This document shows, in pieces, positions 29,429 to 39,096 of a stretch of 60,567 nucleotides of DNA (its first letter is position 1; each line of letters begins with the position of its first letter). Both the position numbers and the translations under genes were made by a program. This DNA is from a candidate division FCPU426 bacterium (GTDB lineage: Bacteria > Oederibacteriota > Muellerivitia > Muellerivitales > Muellerivitaceae), in NCBI GenBank assembly GCA_963847625.1, contig CAWKAR010000014.1, positions 1 to 60,567 of the forward strand, given 5' to 3'. The notes under the pieces were generated by a model. The model was not told where the DNA came from. It searched no databases and saw only the letters and a list, made by a program, of their open reading frames with translations.

Positions 29429-29791
29429 ATGAGGATAAGAAGCAAGTTGGTTTGGATAAAGACGGTCTGGATTACGGCTTTAGTTTTCATGTGCGCGGAT
29501 AACGTTCGTTCCCAGGCATTGGCGAGTATGCCGGAATTGTCCCCCCTCAAGATGATCATCCTGTTTCTCCTGGACGCCTATGGCCTTTGGAAGATTTTGA
29601 TGTGCGTCAAGAACGTCCTGGACCATCTGGCCGAATCCAGCAAGGGGGACACGACAGCTAAGGACCGGGTTTGGGGAAGTGTTCTTGCCATCGTGGGAAT
29701 CCTCATGGCGGGAGTTGTTTTGAACGTTGTCATCCTCAAAGCGGGCGAATTCGGGGCGAAACCCGTCAGTTCCGTCCTGTCGGGGAGTTGA
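29429..29791 (+). CDS. VirB2/TrbC-like pilin candidate
   Basis: 120 aa; signal peptide plus two hydrophobic helices separated by a polar loop; upstream of virB6/B3/B4-like genes. Confidence 0.5.
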   Translation: MRIRSKLVWIKTVWITALVFMCADNVRSQALASMPELSPLKMIILFLLDAYGLWKILMCVKNVLDHLAESSKGDTTAKDRVWGSVLAIVGILMAGVVLNVVILKAGEFGAKPVSSVLSGS

Positions 29792-31669
29792 ATGGTCAAG
29801 CGGCTCCTACCCCTCATCTTTATATGCCTTTTGGGAGCCCCAAGGGCTAATGCCGTATCGCTCTTATCAACCGATAGCGGCCCATCCTCACAGACTATCG
29901 AGCAGGGGGTGTCGGGTGGGATTTTTGACGCCATGGCCAAACACGCAGGGGATTGGGTCGCCCAGGGGATGGATAAGATCGGGGATTGGGCCTTACAAAC
30001 CCTCTTCAAGATTTACGACAAATATATCGGCACCTTCCTCATCTATATCCCGAATTTAGCCTCGCCCAATACCTATAATGCGTTGACCAATAACATGGGG
30101 GCCAACGCTGTCCAGGTGGTCTTGAATCTCCTGAAGATCAGTAGTGGAACGGGCCTTTTTATCCTCATTGTGGGGTTTGTGATCGACACGGGGCAAAGGT
30201 CATCCGGTCTTTGGAATAGGTTTGTTGACCCAAGTCTTGTCATTGGATTCGTGGCGGCTTTCCTATGTCTTTTCGCCTGGCCGACGATTTTTTCTTATTT
30301 AACGACTGGCGTGACGGCCATGGGTTACTACATCTACAACCAGAACACCCTGAGAACTTCAGGGGTTTTGGAGGGTTTCCAGAATATCGACTTGAATGCG
30401 GATGGGGGGGCCAACACCTTCCAATTGTCCCAATACGACTTCCGGGGAAATTTCATCACTGTCCAGGGAGTCATTTGGAACCTGATTTACCTGGTTGCCT
30501 TGGGACTGGTAGTCATTGGTTTTTACAACTGCTATTCGGCGATTTCGGCTGGTGACTCCCAAAAAGGGAATTCCAGGTTTTTCCAGGCCATGGGCGGGAT
30601 CATCCTTATCCTTGGAATGCCCACCCTTGTCCATGTGCTGATCTCAAAGGGTGCCGACACCATCAGTAATCAAACACCTGGCATCTTTTCACTCCAGGGA
30701 TTAGTCCAGGATAACGGGACCCAATATCCCCAGCAATCGGGTCAGGCTTCAACCAATATCGGGACAGCGGGAAACACGACTGCGGCAGCGCCAACGAGCA
30801 GGTTGGCCGAGTTTTCAGCCGGGTTGCTCAAGTGCGGAGTCGCCATTTGGGGGCTCATTACTTGTTTCGCGGTCATTTTCGCAAAGTTCTTTCAGGTATT
30901 GAACTTGTGGGTCTTGTTCATCCTTGGCCCCATCTTTATAGGCTGTCTAGGGCACCCCGCGACTGCTCCCATCTTTGGTGCGGCGACCAAGTACTTCGTA
31001 AAACTCCTTCTTTATTCGGTCATCTGGGCCATCACCTTGGTCGGTCTTTACCTGATCCCAAACATCAATTGGGGGGTGGAAACAATCGGGGTTAACAGCC
31101 TTTTGACGGCTGTGGCGGTACTGGCCGGTCTTCAATTGATCTCCAACGCCCAGGAATTTGCCGCACTTTTCACATCCTTCAAGGGAGGGAATTTGAAAGG
31201 GGAAGGAATCAATGAATTCGCCCGTGACACCAAAGGGGCTGTTTTAGGGGCTAATAAGGCAAGGCTTGGGACATTTGGGGCCATGAAGACGATGACGGGG
31301 GAAACCAGCCAGGCCATGGCAGCCGCAACAGGCGCGGCTGTGGGCTCCATTATTCCTGGAATTGGGACCGCTGGGGGAGCATTGGCCGGGCAAAAGTCCA
31401 TGCAGGGGTTGAACACCATCGCGAAATTGGGAGGGCTAGGCGGCAAGCCCAAAAGGGAAGATCCGGACAACCCGGTTTCCGGTTTTCTCAAGAAATTCTC
31501 AGGGAACGTCATCGCGGGAAGCCTCAAGAGGGATGCCCAGGGTAGTGGGTCATTCTCGACCAATGAAAACGAGAAAAGAAAACTTGTCGGCGATTACGCC
31601 AAAAAGCTTCAACAAGGGAAGAACTATAAAAGGCCGGGGCAGGGACCCCAGGGGAAAAGGACCGTTTAA
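29792..31669 (+). CDS. VirB6/TrbL-like polytopic membrane protein
   Basis: Many TM segments, LFILGPIFIGC motif, Gly/Ala-rich basic C-terminal tail typical of TrbL. Confidence 0.65.
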   Translation: MVKRLLPLIFICLLGAPRANAVSLLSTDSGPSSQTIEQGVSGGIFDAMAKHAGDWVAQGMDKIGDWALQTLFKIYDKYIGTFLIYIPNLASPNTYNALTNNMGANAVQVVLNLLKISSGTGLFILIVGFVIDTGQRSSGLWNRFVDPSLVIGFVAAFLCLFAWPTIFSYLTTGVTAMGYYIYNQNTLRTSGVLEGFQNIDLNADGGANTFQLSQYDFRGNFITVQGVIWNLIYLVALGLVVIGFYNCYSAISAGDSQKGNSRFFQAMGGIILILGMPTLVHVLISKGADTISNQTPGIFSLQGLVQDNGTQYPQQSGQASTNIGTAGNTTAAAPTSRLAEFSAGLLKCGVAIWGLITCFAVIFAKFFQVLNLWVLFILGPIFIGCLGHPATAPIFGAATKYFVKLLLYSVIWAITLVGLYLIPNINWGVETIGVNSLLTAVAVLAGLQLISNAQEFAALFTSFKGGNLKGEGINEFARDTKGAVLGANKARLGTFGAMKTMTGETSQAMAAATGAAVGSIIPGIGTAGGALAGQKSMQGLNTIAKLGGLGGKPKREDPDNPVSGFLKKFSGNVIAGSLKRDAQGSGSFSTNENEKRKLVGDYAKKLQQGKNYKRPGQGPQGKRTV

Positions 31670-31960
31670 ATGGCAATACCCCTTGAGAAGGAATCCAAAA
31701 TGTGGGGGCTTTTTTATTCCTCGGACTTCCACAAATTGATGTTTGTTTTCATCGGGGATGCCATTGCCTTCGTGGGTTTCATGATCTTCTGGGGTCTGGA
31801 AGGGTCCCTTGTCATTTTTTTCGGAATCCTGATCCTCGCCACCCTTTATTTCGTGATGAAGAGTTTTTGGCCTGAAAGGCACCTGGAAAACATCATTAGG
31901 TACAACAGGGAACCCAAGAGTTTTTTTCCGGGCCGGGAACCCAGCGAGTTGGAAATATGA
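31670..31960 (+). CDS. VirB3/PrgI-like small membrane protein
   Basis: 96 aa, two TM helices, overlaps the virB4 start. Confidence 0.6.
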   Translation: MAIPLEKESKMWGLFYSSDFHKLMFVFIGDAIAFVGFMIFWGLEGSLVIFFGILILATLYFVMKSFWPERHLENIIRYNREPKSFFPGREPSELEI

Positions 31961-34530
31961 GCGGATTATTCAAATCCAGGGCCAAGAACAACCCAGTGGC
32001 GGGGTTGTTGAGAATCAGGTCTGTGGGGCCGGGATACCTCGTCTTGAGGAACCCGGAGCAATATGCCTGCCTGTTCAAACTAGCTGGCGGGTTGAACCCA
32101 TGGATGGAAGACCCCGAAGTGTTGGGGGAAAAGGTCAGGAAACTGGACTCGGTACTGGCTGATTTGAGGAGCGGGGAGGAAGTCCAATTCCTGACAAAAA
32201 GGGTTTTGGCCGATGTCGAGGATGTTATTGGTCGTTATAACGAAAGAATCCATGAGAACGCACCAGAAATTTTCAGGAACCAGTACCCGGAATTCCTGGG
32301 TAATTGGCTCAGGCGGTTCTATGCGGATGAAAGGATTTGCCATTTCAGGTCTTACGTCCTTTTTACGGTTTCTACACCAACAGTTTCTAGCAAGAAGAAG
32401 GAAACGAAGGTTTCCCCGATTGAGGAGGTTCTCAGGCGGGGGAAATCCTGGGTTTCGCAGCTAAATATCGTAGGACTTGAGCCCCAGGAGGCCACTGAGG
32501 AGGAAATCTTCACCCTCTTATATGAGGAGTTATCCCTCGAAAGATTCCAGGGAAATCCCGACAGGTTCAAGAAAACATCAGGTTATTCGGGGGGTGAATA
32601 CGGAATTCAAACCCTGCGTGAAATGCTTTCCACTACCCCTTGGGATTTCAGTGACCCCAAGTATTTCAAAGTGGGGGAAACCTTTGGAAAAACCCTATAT
32701 GTGACGGAATTTCCTTCTTTCAACGAACAGAATCTATTTTTCCAGGAACTTTACGAGCGTACCGACGATTTCAAGGTTTCTTTCTATATCAAAGGGGTGG
32801 ACTTGTTTCGCGCCCAATCCATCGTGGAAAAACAAATCCAAAGCGACCAGGGGGCCTTGTGGAAACGCCAGAACGTCATGAACTTCGAGGCCCAGGCGGC
32901 GCTGGATTACCGCCAAAGCGTCCTTTCACTCGTTTCCGAAAGGAAAACATCACTCGCCAAATTCTCCCTCTACATCACCTTGTTTTCCAAAAGCCAAAAG
33001 GAACTTTCCTCAAGTTATGAAAGCCTTTCCCGGATGTTCAAGAACGTCCATCCCCTTTCAGGCTACGCGGAGCAGAAACGACTTTTCCTCTCCACCCTAC
33101 CCCAGGCAACCGATTTGGCAGGCCATGAACACTTACAGGCCACAGCAGTCATGGCAAACGCCGTTCCGTGCCTGTTCGAGCCCCTGGCAGATACCGACGG
33201 AGTTCCATTGGGGAAAACCCTTTCGGGTGAAATGGTTCATTTGAACCTTTGGGGCAGGGAAACGGAGAACTGGAACGTTCTTGTGGTGGGCTCATCCGGC
33301 ACAGGGAAATCTTTCAGCATCAACCAGCTCCTGATTAGGAACCTTCCCATGAACCCCTACATCATGATCATCGACAAATCTCAATCGTATAAGACCCTAT
33401 GCCGCTTGGCGGGAGGCAGATACCTTAATTACGACCTGGACAGCAAACACCACCTAAACATCTTTGATTATCCCTTGGATGAGATAAAGGAAAAGGACGC
33501 TGAGATCGACCCAGAACATATTTCAAGCATCATCATGTACCTGGGGGTGGTGCTGGCCAATATCAAGGAAAACCGAATCGAGGAATCGGAGGAATTGGAC
33601 AAGGCCCTGCTCCAGGAGGCAGTCAAACAAACCTACCGGAACACTATAAGCGAAGGGCGGGTGCCCCTATTAACGGACTTGAAAGATACCCTTTTAAAAA
33701 CCGCAGATGACAAGAAAGTTCCAGCCGAATTCCAATACATTTGCCGCAAGCAAGCCGAGGTCTTGAAGCTTTTCACGGGCAAGGGAATGTATGCCAACCT
33801 GACGGATCGTGAATCAACCGTGAAAGCGGACAATTCCTTCATTGTCTTCGATACGTCGGGCATCAGCGACAACGACAAGAAGGCCGTGGGTTTGGCAGTA
33901 TTCGTTATTTCAAATTACTGCCTATCGAAAGCAAAAAAGAACAAGGAACTAAACCGGTTATCCCAACTTGCCATGGACGAGTGCTGGTATCTGGCCCAAT
34001 ACCCTGCTGGATTAGCTTTTTTACTCCGTATCGCCAAGACTGCCCGGCATTTGAGGCTCCAGCCGATTTTCGCAACCCAGGAAATCGGGGAGTTTTTCGG
34101 GGTGAAGGGTGTGGAAGCCATCCTCAAGAACACCTCCACCAAAATCCTTTTAAAACTGGTCGGGGATGACATCGACCACGCCAAAGGCCTCTTACAACTA
34201 AACCCGAACCAGGTGGAAAAGGTCATGAACCTGCATTTGGTGAAGGGGGTCTATTCCCAAGCTCTGATCCACCAGACCCTCCGTCAGGGAATCGTGAACA
34301 TCTATCCCGACGAACTGGCCTACCACATCGCAACTACCTATGGCCCCGAAGCCGCCATCCGCGACCAATATCTTGAAACTTACGCCCCGGACGAAGACCC
34401 GGTTTCGACATTAGGAGCCATCGCCAAGTGGATTGAGGACAAGGAAACCAAGACAGTTTTGAAACCCGCTCCAAAGGAAAAAGACGGTCAGGCGGTCGTA
34501 AATAAGCCAAATGAGGTTGCCATGAAATGA
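31957..34530 (+). CDS. virB4: VirB4-family conjugative ATPase
   Basis: 857 aa; VVGSSGTGKS Walker A, IIDKSQSY, MDECW Walker B, TARH...ATQ. Confidence 0.93.
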   Translation: MSGLFKSRAKNNPVAGLLRIRSVGPGYLVLRNPEQYACLFKLAGGLNPWMEDPEVLGEKVRKLDSVLADLRSGEEVQFLTKRVLADVEDVIGRYNERIHENAPEIFRNQYPEFLGNWLRRFYADERICHFRSYVLFTVSTPTVSSKKKETKVSPIEEVLRRGKSWVSQLNIVGLEPQEATEEEIFTLLYEELSLERFQGNPDRFKKTSGYSGGEYGIQTLREMLSTTPWDFSDPKYFKVGETFGKTLYVTEFPSFNEQNLFFQELYERTDDFKVSFYIKGVDLFRAQSIVEKQIQSDQGALWKRQNVMNFEAQAALDYRQSVLSLVSERKTSLAKFSLYITLFSKSQKELSSSYESLSRMFKNVHPLSGYAEQKRLFLSTLPQATDLAGHEHLQATAVMANAVPCLFEPLADTDGVPLGKTLSGEMVHLNLWGRETENWNVLVVGSSGTGKSFSINQLLIRNLPMNPYIMIIDKSQSYKTLCRLAGGRYLNYDLDSKHHLNIFDYPLDEIKEKDAEIDPEHISSIIMYLGVVLANIKENRIEESEELDKALLQEAVKQTYRNTISEGRVPLLTDLKDTLLKTADDKKVPAEFQYICRKQAEVLKLFTGKGMYANLTDRESTVKADNSFIVFDTSGISDNDKKAVGLAVFVISNYCLSKAKKNKELNRLSQLAMDECWYLAQYPAGLAFLLRIAKTARHLRLQPIFATQEIGEFFGVKGVEAILKNTSTKILLKLVGDDIDHAKGLLQLNPNQVEKVMNLHLVKGVYSQALIHQTLRQGIVNIYPDELAYHIATTYGPEAAIRDQYLETYAPDEDPVSTLGAIAKWIEDKETKTVLKPAPKEKDGQAVVNKPNEVAMK

Positions 34531-35123
34531 CCGAACCGAAAAAGGAAGACGGACATGACATTCTTGATCTTCTCGATAAGGAACCTGAGAAAAAAGGGTA
34601 TGCCGGGAAAATCATCTTTGGAATCGTTATTGCCCTGGTCGGTTTTGGTTCCACCCTCTTTTGGGGAAGAGGGGCTCATGTTGCTGATTCCAAGAAAGAG
34701 GTTTCCGGGGGTAGCGTGCAAGTGGGGGATAAGGACCCCCAAACCAGGGAGATAACAGACTTTGCTGAGAAGTTTTCCATCATGGCTTTCAACATCAGTT
34801 ACACCGATATCAACCGCCAAGTGGACAAGGTGGCGAACCTCATGAGCGACAACATGATGTCCTATTACCAGGAGGCCTTCCTCGATCCTAAATGGGTCGC
34901 CTTCCTTACGGACACCAAGGCTTACGTTTCCTATCAGCAGATTGACCGGTCGAGCGTGGAAAACACGGACGGAACCCATTACTGGGTGAAGGTCATCGGC
35001 AAGAATCTTTACAACTCCGACGCCAGGGGGCCGGGGTCCCAGATCGAGTTGCCCTTCCACCTTGTGGTGGTGGTGAAGAAGGAGAACGGGAAGCTGATCG
35101 TGACAGATTTCCAGAGGTTTTAG
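34527..35123 (+). CDS. VirB8-like (NTF2-fold) bitopic protein
   Basis: Single TM then helices and beta strands ending KLIVTDFQRF; directly after virB4. Confidence 0.55.
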   Translation: MTEPKKEDGHDILDLLDKEPEKKGYAGKIIFGIVIALVGFGSTLFWGRGAHVADSKKEVSGGSVQVGDKDPQTREITDFAEKFSIMAFNISYTDINRQVDKVANLMSDNMMSYYQEAFLDPKWVAFLTDTKAYVSYQQIDRSSVENTDGTHYWVKVIGKNLYNSDARGPGSQIELPFHLVVVVKKENGKLIVTDFQRF

Positions 35124-35127
35124 CCAT

Positions 35128-36600
35128 ATGGAAGAAAACGTATTGCAGATAAACCCGGAGTTGGCCAGGCGGTGTCTTCAATCCGCCCATTTGTGCATGG
35201 AGACGAACCGGTTCAAGGAAGCCTTGAAGCTTTTTGATGAGGTCATCTCCAATCACCAGCCCCAGAACGTGGAAGCCCACCTGGAAGCGGCCAAAATTTA
35301 CGCCAGGTACAAACAACCTCATTCCATCCTCAAGGTGATTAACAGGCTCCACAACTTCTCCCCAAAGACACCTGAAAGCCTCGTATTGCTTGCCCGAGCC
35401 CAATACCAAATGGGACTCAATTCCGATTGCCGGGAAAGTTTAGGGGAGATTTTCGCCATGAAGAGGGATTTCCCCGAAGCCGTGGCGTTGGAGGCGGAAT
35501 TGTGCATCCGCACCGGAAAATACGAAACAGCAGTCGAGAAGTTCGAGACCTTAAGCCTCAGGTATCCCAAGAACTACAACTACTTGACGCTTTTGGCAGT
35601 TTCTCATTACGCCTGCGGACAATTCCACCGCACCATCACCCTATGCACGACCCTCATGCAGGCAGGTGTTACTGATTCCAAAATTACCCGCCTATATGAA
35701 ATGGCTAAAAAGAAAAGACGGCATGAGGCCTTGGGAAAGCTGAAGAAAGTCAAACCCCTCAAATGGCTTTTCGCACAAATCTTCGACCCTTTCCTGGAAA
35801 AGGAGATGCGTGCCGAATCGGAAACCCAGACCACCCAGGAGGATTTGGTCCAAGAAACCTTGGTAGACCATCGAACCGGCCTTTTGAACGACCGGGCGGC
35901 GGTACAGCAAATACCAGCCCTAGCCGCCCGTAGAAAAAACCAATTTTTTCTCGCCATGGCAGATATCGACTTTTTCAAATCCTTTAACGACGTCCACTAC
36001 AACCACCAGGTTGGAAACGCCGTATTGAAAGCCTTGGCCAAGGCGGGCCAGCAAATCTTCACCAAAAACAGGATTTGGAGGTATGGAGGCGAAGAGCTTG
36101 TTTGGGTGCTGGACGGGACCGAAGAAGAGGCGATGGAAAAAGCGGAGCAATTCAGGAAACACTGTGAAGAGAAGGTGGTGACTGAGACGAATGAAATCAT
36201 CCAGAAAGAGGACATCCGCCACTTTACGGATGGGTTTGACCACAAGAAGGACGATCTGTTTCTTATCCACTACCCGGTGACCATATCCCAAGCCCTCGTT
36301 GAATGGGGGGAAGACGGCACCAACCTGGAAGGAATTATTACGGCGGCGGACCACGGTCTATACACCGCCAAAGATTCAGGACGGAACACGGTGGTCTTTC
36401 GGGGAACTCCCAAAAGCGCCGGGCCAAAACCCGTCAAATACACCCCAGAACTTCTCGAAATCCTCCACGAGTATTCCACCAAGAAAGGTTCCGCCAATTG
36501 GTGGGTCTATTTGGAGAAGACCAACGAAAAGGGGAAAAACGAGGCATTGGAATTCGCAAGGAACACCCTGGCTGACAAGGAGGTGATAACGAAAAAATAA
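35128..36600 (+). CDS. TPR-repeat diguanylate cyclase (GGDEF domain)
   Basis: N-terminal TPRs; DHRTGLLN, MADIDFFKSFND..NHQVGN, RYGGEEL, ADHGLYTAKDSGRN. Confidence 0.9.
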   Translation: MEENVLQINPELARRCLQSAHLCMETNRFKEALKLFDEVISNHQPQNVEAHLEAAKIYARYKQPHSILKVINRLHNFSPKTPESLVLLARAQYQMGLNSDCRESLGEIFAMKRDFPEAVALEAELCIRTGKYETAVEKFETLSLRYPKNYNYLTLLAVSHYACGQFHRTITLCTTLMQAGVTDSKITRLYEMAKKKRRHEALGKLKKVKPLKWLFAQIFDPFLEKEMRAESETQTTQEDLVQETLVDHRTGLLNDRAAVQQIPALAARRKNQFFLAMADIDFFKSFNDVHYNHQVGNAVLKALAKAGQQIFTKNRIWRYGGEELVWVLDGTEEEAMEKAEQFRKHCEEKVVTETNEIIQKEDIRHFTDGFDHKKDDLFLIHYPVTISQALVEWGEDGTNLEGIITAADHGLYTAKDSGRNTVVFRGTPKSAGPKPVKYTPELLEILHEYSTKKGSANWWVYLEKTNEKGKNEALEFARNTLADKEVITKK

Positions 36601-36637
36601 TTTCGTATTGGTCATTAAATTCATAAGGAGAAGAAAC

Positions 36638-36979
36638 ATGGGTCTGAAAATCAGGATTACCAGGATGTTTCCCTATGACGGGGAACACACGAAGGCTTTT
36701 GTCGGAGCAAAGGTCCAAATATCTGGTCGTGTCTTTGGTTACAACGAATTAACGCTTGTGAAGAAGAAAGACGGGGATGGTTTTTTCTTGGGCCTTCCTT
36801 CTAGGCCTGGAAGGCAGGAGGGAGAGTACCACGATATTTGCTACATGGACGCAAATACCGGGAAAGACATTGAGAAAGTCGCAATCGCCGAGTACGAGAA
36901 GAAAATCAAGGAAAGCGCACAGGTGCCTATAGAGGATAACCAAGGACCGAGAGAGGAAAGGAGAAAAGTGAAAAGGTGA
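36638..36979 (+). CDS. spoVG: SpoVG-family nucleic-acid-binding protein (paralogue 1)
   Basis: TKAF..., GFFLGLPSR...GEYHDIC, IEKVAIAEY; AAGGAG RBS. Confidence 0.75.
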   Translation: MGLKIRITRMFPYDGEHTKAFVGAKVQISGRVFGYNELTLVKKKDGDGFFLGLPSRPGRQEGEYHDICYMDANTGKDIEKVAIAEYEKKIKESAQVPIEDNQGPREERRKVKR

Positions 36980-37010
36980 CGGGCAGAATAAAAATCAAAG
37001 GAGGAAGCAA

Positions 37011-37313
37011 ATGGCTTTAAAGGTCAAGGTTACGAGGATGTACCCCTACGAAGGGGAGAACACGCAGGCGTTTTTCGACGTGAAGGTTGCCATCGCCAGT
37101 TATGAGTTCTATTTCAACGACCTGACATTGGTGAAGAAGAAGGATGGGGATGGGTTGTTCGTGGGTTTCCCATCCCGCCCAGGCAAAAAGGATGGGGAGT
37201 ATTTTCACTTTTGCAACGCCAACAAAAAGGCGAAGGCGGAAATAGAGAAGGCTGCGGTGGACGAATATAAGAAAAAGGCCAAGGAAAAAGAACCGGCTGC
37301 TGAGAAGGGTTGA
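37011..37313 (+). CDS. spoVG: SpoVG-family nucleic-acid-binding protein (paralogue 2)
   Basis: TQAFFDV, GLFVGFPSR...DGEYFHF, IEKAAVDEY; GGAGG RBS. Confidence 0.75.
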   Translation: MALKVKVTRMYPYEGENTQAFFDVKVAIASYEFYFNDLTLVKKKDGDGLFVGFPSRPGKKDGEYFHFCNANKKAKAEIEKAAVDEYKKKAKEKEPAAEKG

Positions 37314-37354
37314 AGATAAAGGCTTTTTAGGAAACCTCGCCTTTGGGAGTGGGC

Positions 37355-37675
37355 ATGGATAATCGAAGAAAGGAACAACGCAGGAAAGCGGAGCGGCGTC
37401 GCTTAGCAATGGAAAAAATGGTCACTTATCGGGAGGCTGCCGATTACGCGCACGTTTCCATAAGAACGATTATTCGATGGGTAAAAATGGGCAAACTGAA
37501 GGCGAGGTATGTTTTTGGAAGAAATTCGAGGATTAGCATGACGTCCCTTAAGGTAGTCATCAATAAGATGCCGGAAGTTAAATCGGGTTCAAAAAAAGTT
37601 ACTGATTTGTTATCATCGAAGCATCAGGAAGCTGGGGCGGAGGGAGGCAGAAATGCCAATCAACGTCCAGCTTAA
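37355..37675 (+). CDS. xis: excisionase-like HTH protein
   Basis: VTYREAADYAHVSIRTIIRWVKMGKLKA...RIS winged HTH; overlaps the integrase start. Confidence 0.8.
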   Translation: MDNRRKEQRRKAERRRLAMEKMVTYREAADYAHVSIRTIIRWVKMGKLKARYVFGRNSRISMTSLKVVINKMPEVKSGSKKVTDLLSSKHQEAGAEGGRNANQRPA

Positions 37676-38969
37676 GCAGAGAGTCGGGCGCGACAAGAAT
37701 TTGCGCCCCTACTGGTATTTTTATTGGTTGAGCCAGGAAGGGAAGGCGCGTTTTAAAACAACGCGATTCCCTGTCAGGGAATACCCGGATTTGGCCGCGA
37801 AGAAAGCGGCCGTTATTGAGCGGGCCAGGGCAGAGTTGCAGACCCGCTTAAACGACGGGGTTGACCCAACCAAGGTACCGGTTGGAAATATGAAGTTTTC
37901 GGAGGTTGTTGACCAGTACCTTGACGATCCAGTGTTGAAGATCCGGGAAAAAGTCTCTTACCAGAGGAACATCAAACAAAAAATTGATGTCCTAAAGGCG
38001 ATGTTTGGCAATTTCGAAATTCGCCAGATGACGGTAAAGATAGTTTCCGAATGGTTCAACTCAAGGAGAAAGTTGGTAAAAGACGGAAGGGGCCGCGAGA
38101 GTTGTGCTAACGCTTGGAACCTTCTGGAATACAAGGGTCACTTGGGTAGGATATTCCGATGGGCAAAAAAGAAGTCCATTGCCAGGAACAATCCGATCCT
38201 TGAAATCCTTGATCTTGATCCAAACTTTTTCCCGACGCCCCCCAGGCGCCAGATCGTCACGGTGACGGATGAGGAAATTTCCGCCATGCTGGACGCGATG
38301 GACCAGCTGGAAGAACAGCAAAGGCGGTTATTGGTTCATCCGGATAGGATACCGGTCGCTTTGTTCCGGGATGTTTTCCTGTTCCGCTTATACCAGGGGA
38401 CCAGGGTCCAGGAAGCGTTGGATATCCAGGTCAGTGACCTTTCCAGGAAGGAATTAAGGGATAGAAATCGCCGGGTCGTAGGACACAGGAACTTTGTCTT
38501 CATAAAGCCTGGAAAAACGGGGGAAGGAAGGACCATCCCCGTCTTGAAAATGGCCGAGGAGATTGTCTGGAGGAATATCCAAAATAAGAAGCCGGAAGAC
38601 TTCTTATTTTCTGTTGCGGGTAAGCACTTAAAAACTTGCAACATGAGGCGATTATTTGGTAGAACTATCGACCTGGCTTCCAAGATAATACCGGACTTAA
38701 AGGCAAAGGGGCTTCGTTTTTACGATCTTCGCCACCTCTGTTTGACGAGAATGGCCTTACAGAAGGTAGGCGATAGGCTGCTCGGGAATTTCGCGGGTCA
38801 TCGAAGCAGGACGTCCACGGACTATTACGTGAACTTTGCTGAGAATGACCTGGTGGACGCAATTGAGATGGTTGAGCAGTCCTACGGGGTCGAAAATACT
38901 TTGCCACGGCTTAGCCACAAGCCTTTTTTGACAGGAGAAAGTGCAGAAAAGCCTGATTTGCGGGAATAA
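37653..38969 (+). CDS. int: tyrosine recombinase/integrase
   Basis: Arm-binding-like N-terminus; catalytic R (GTRVQE), K (KTGEGR), YDLRH (H replaced by Y in HxxR), GH, Y (TDYY). Confidence 0.93.
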   Translation: MPINVQLKQRVGRDKNLRPYWYFYWLSQEGKARFKTTRFPVREYPDLAAKKAAVIERARAELQTRLNDGVDPTKVPVGNMKFSEVVDQYLDDPVLKIREKVSYQRNIKQKIDVLKAMFGNFEIRQMTVKIVSEWFNSRRKLVKDGRGRESCANAWNLLEYKGHLGRIFRWAKKKSIARNNPILEILDLDPNFFPTPPRRQIVTVTDEEISAMLDAMDQLEEQQRRLLVHPDRIPVALFRDVFLFRLYQGTRVQEALDIQVSDLSRKELRDRNRRVVGHRNFVFIKPGKTGEGRTIPVLKMAEEIVWRNIQNKKPEDFLFSVAGKHLKTCNMRRLFGRTIDLASKIIPDLKAKGLRFYDLRHLCLTRMALQKVGDRLLGNFAGHRSRTSTDYYVNFAENDLVDAIEMVEQSYGVENTLPRLSHKPFLTGESAEKPDLRE

Positions 38970-39000
38970 CTCAGCGGTAGAGTGCAACCTTGCCAAGGTT
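38960..39000 (+). pseudogene. 5' half of tRNA-Gly(GCC), probable att core
   Basis: GCGGGAATAACTCAGCGGTAGAGTGCAACCTTGCCAAGGTT: acceptor 5' strand, D-arm and anticodon arm intact; no T-arm GTTCRA follows. Confidence 0.85.
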
Positions 39001-39096
39001 AAGCCCGAATTTGGTTTCCCGTTAAAAATTGTTGGGAAATAAAATAAAAAATCAATTTTTGTCCCGCTTCCCCGACAATTCATCGCAAAGAAAAAA

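Noticed and set aside
38960..39035. Complete tRNA-Gly gene
   Set aside because: T-arm and CCA end are absent; only the 5' half is present.
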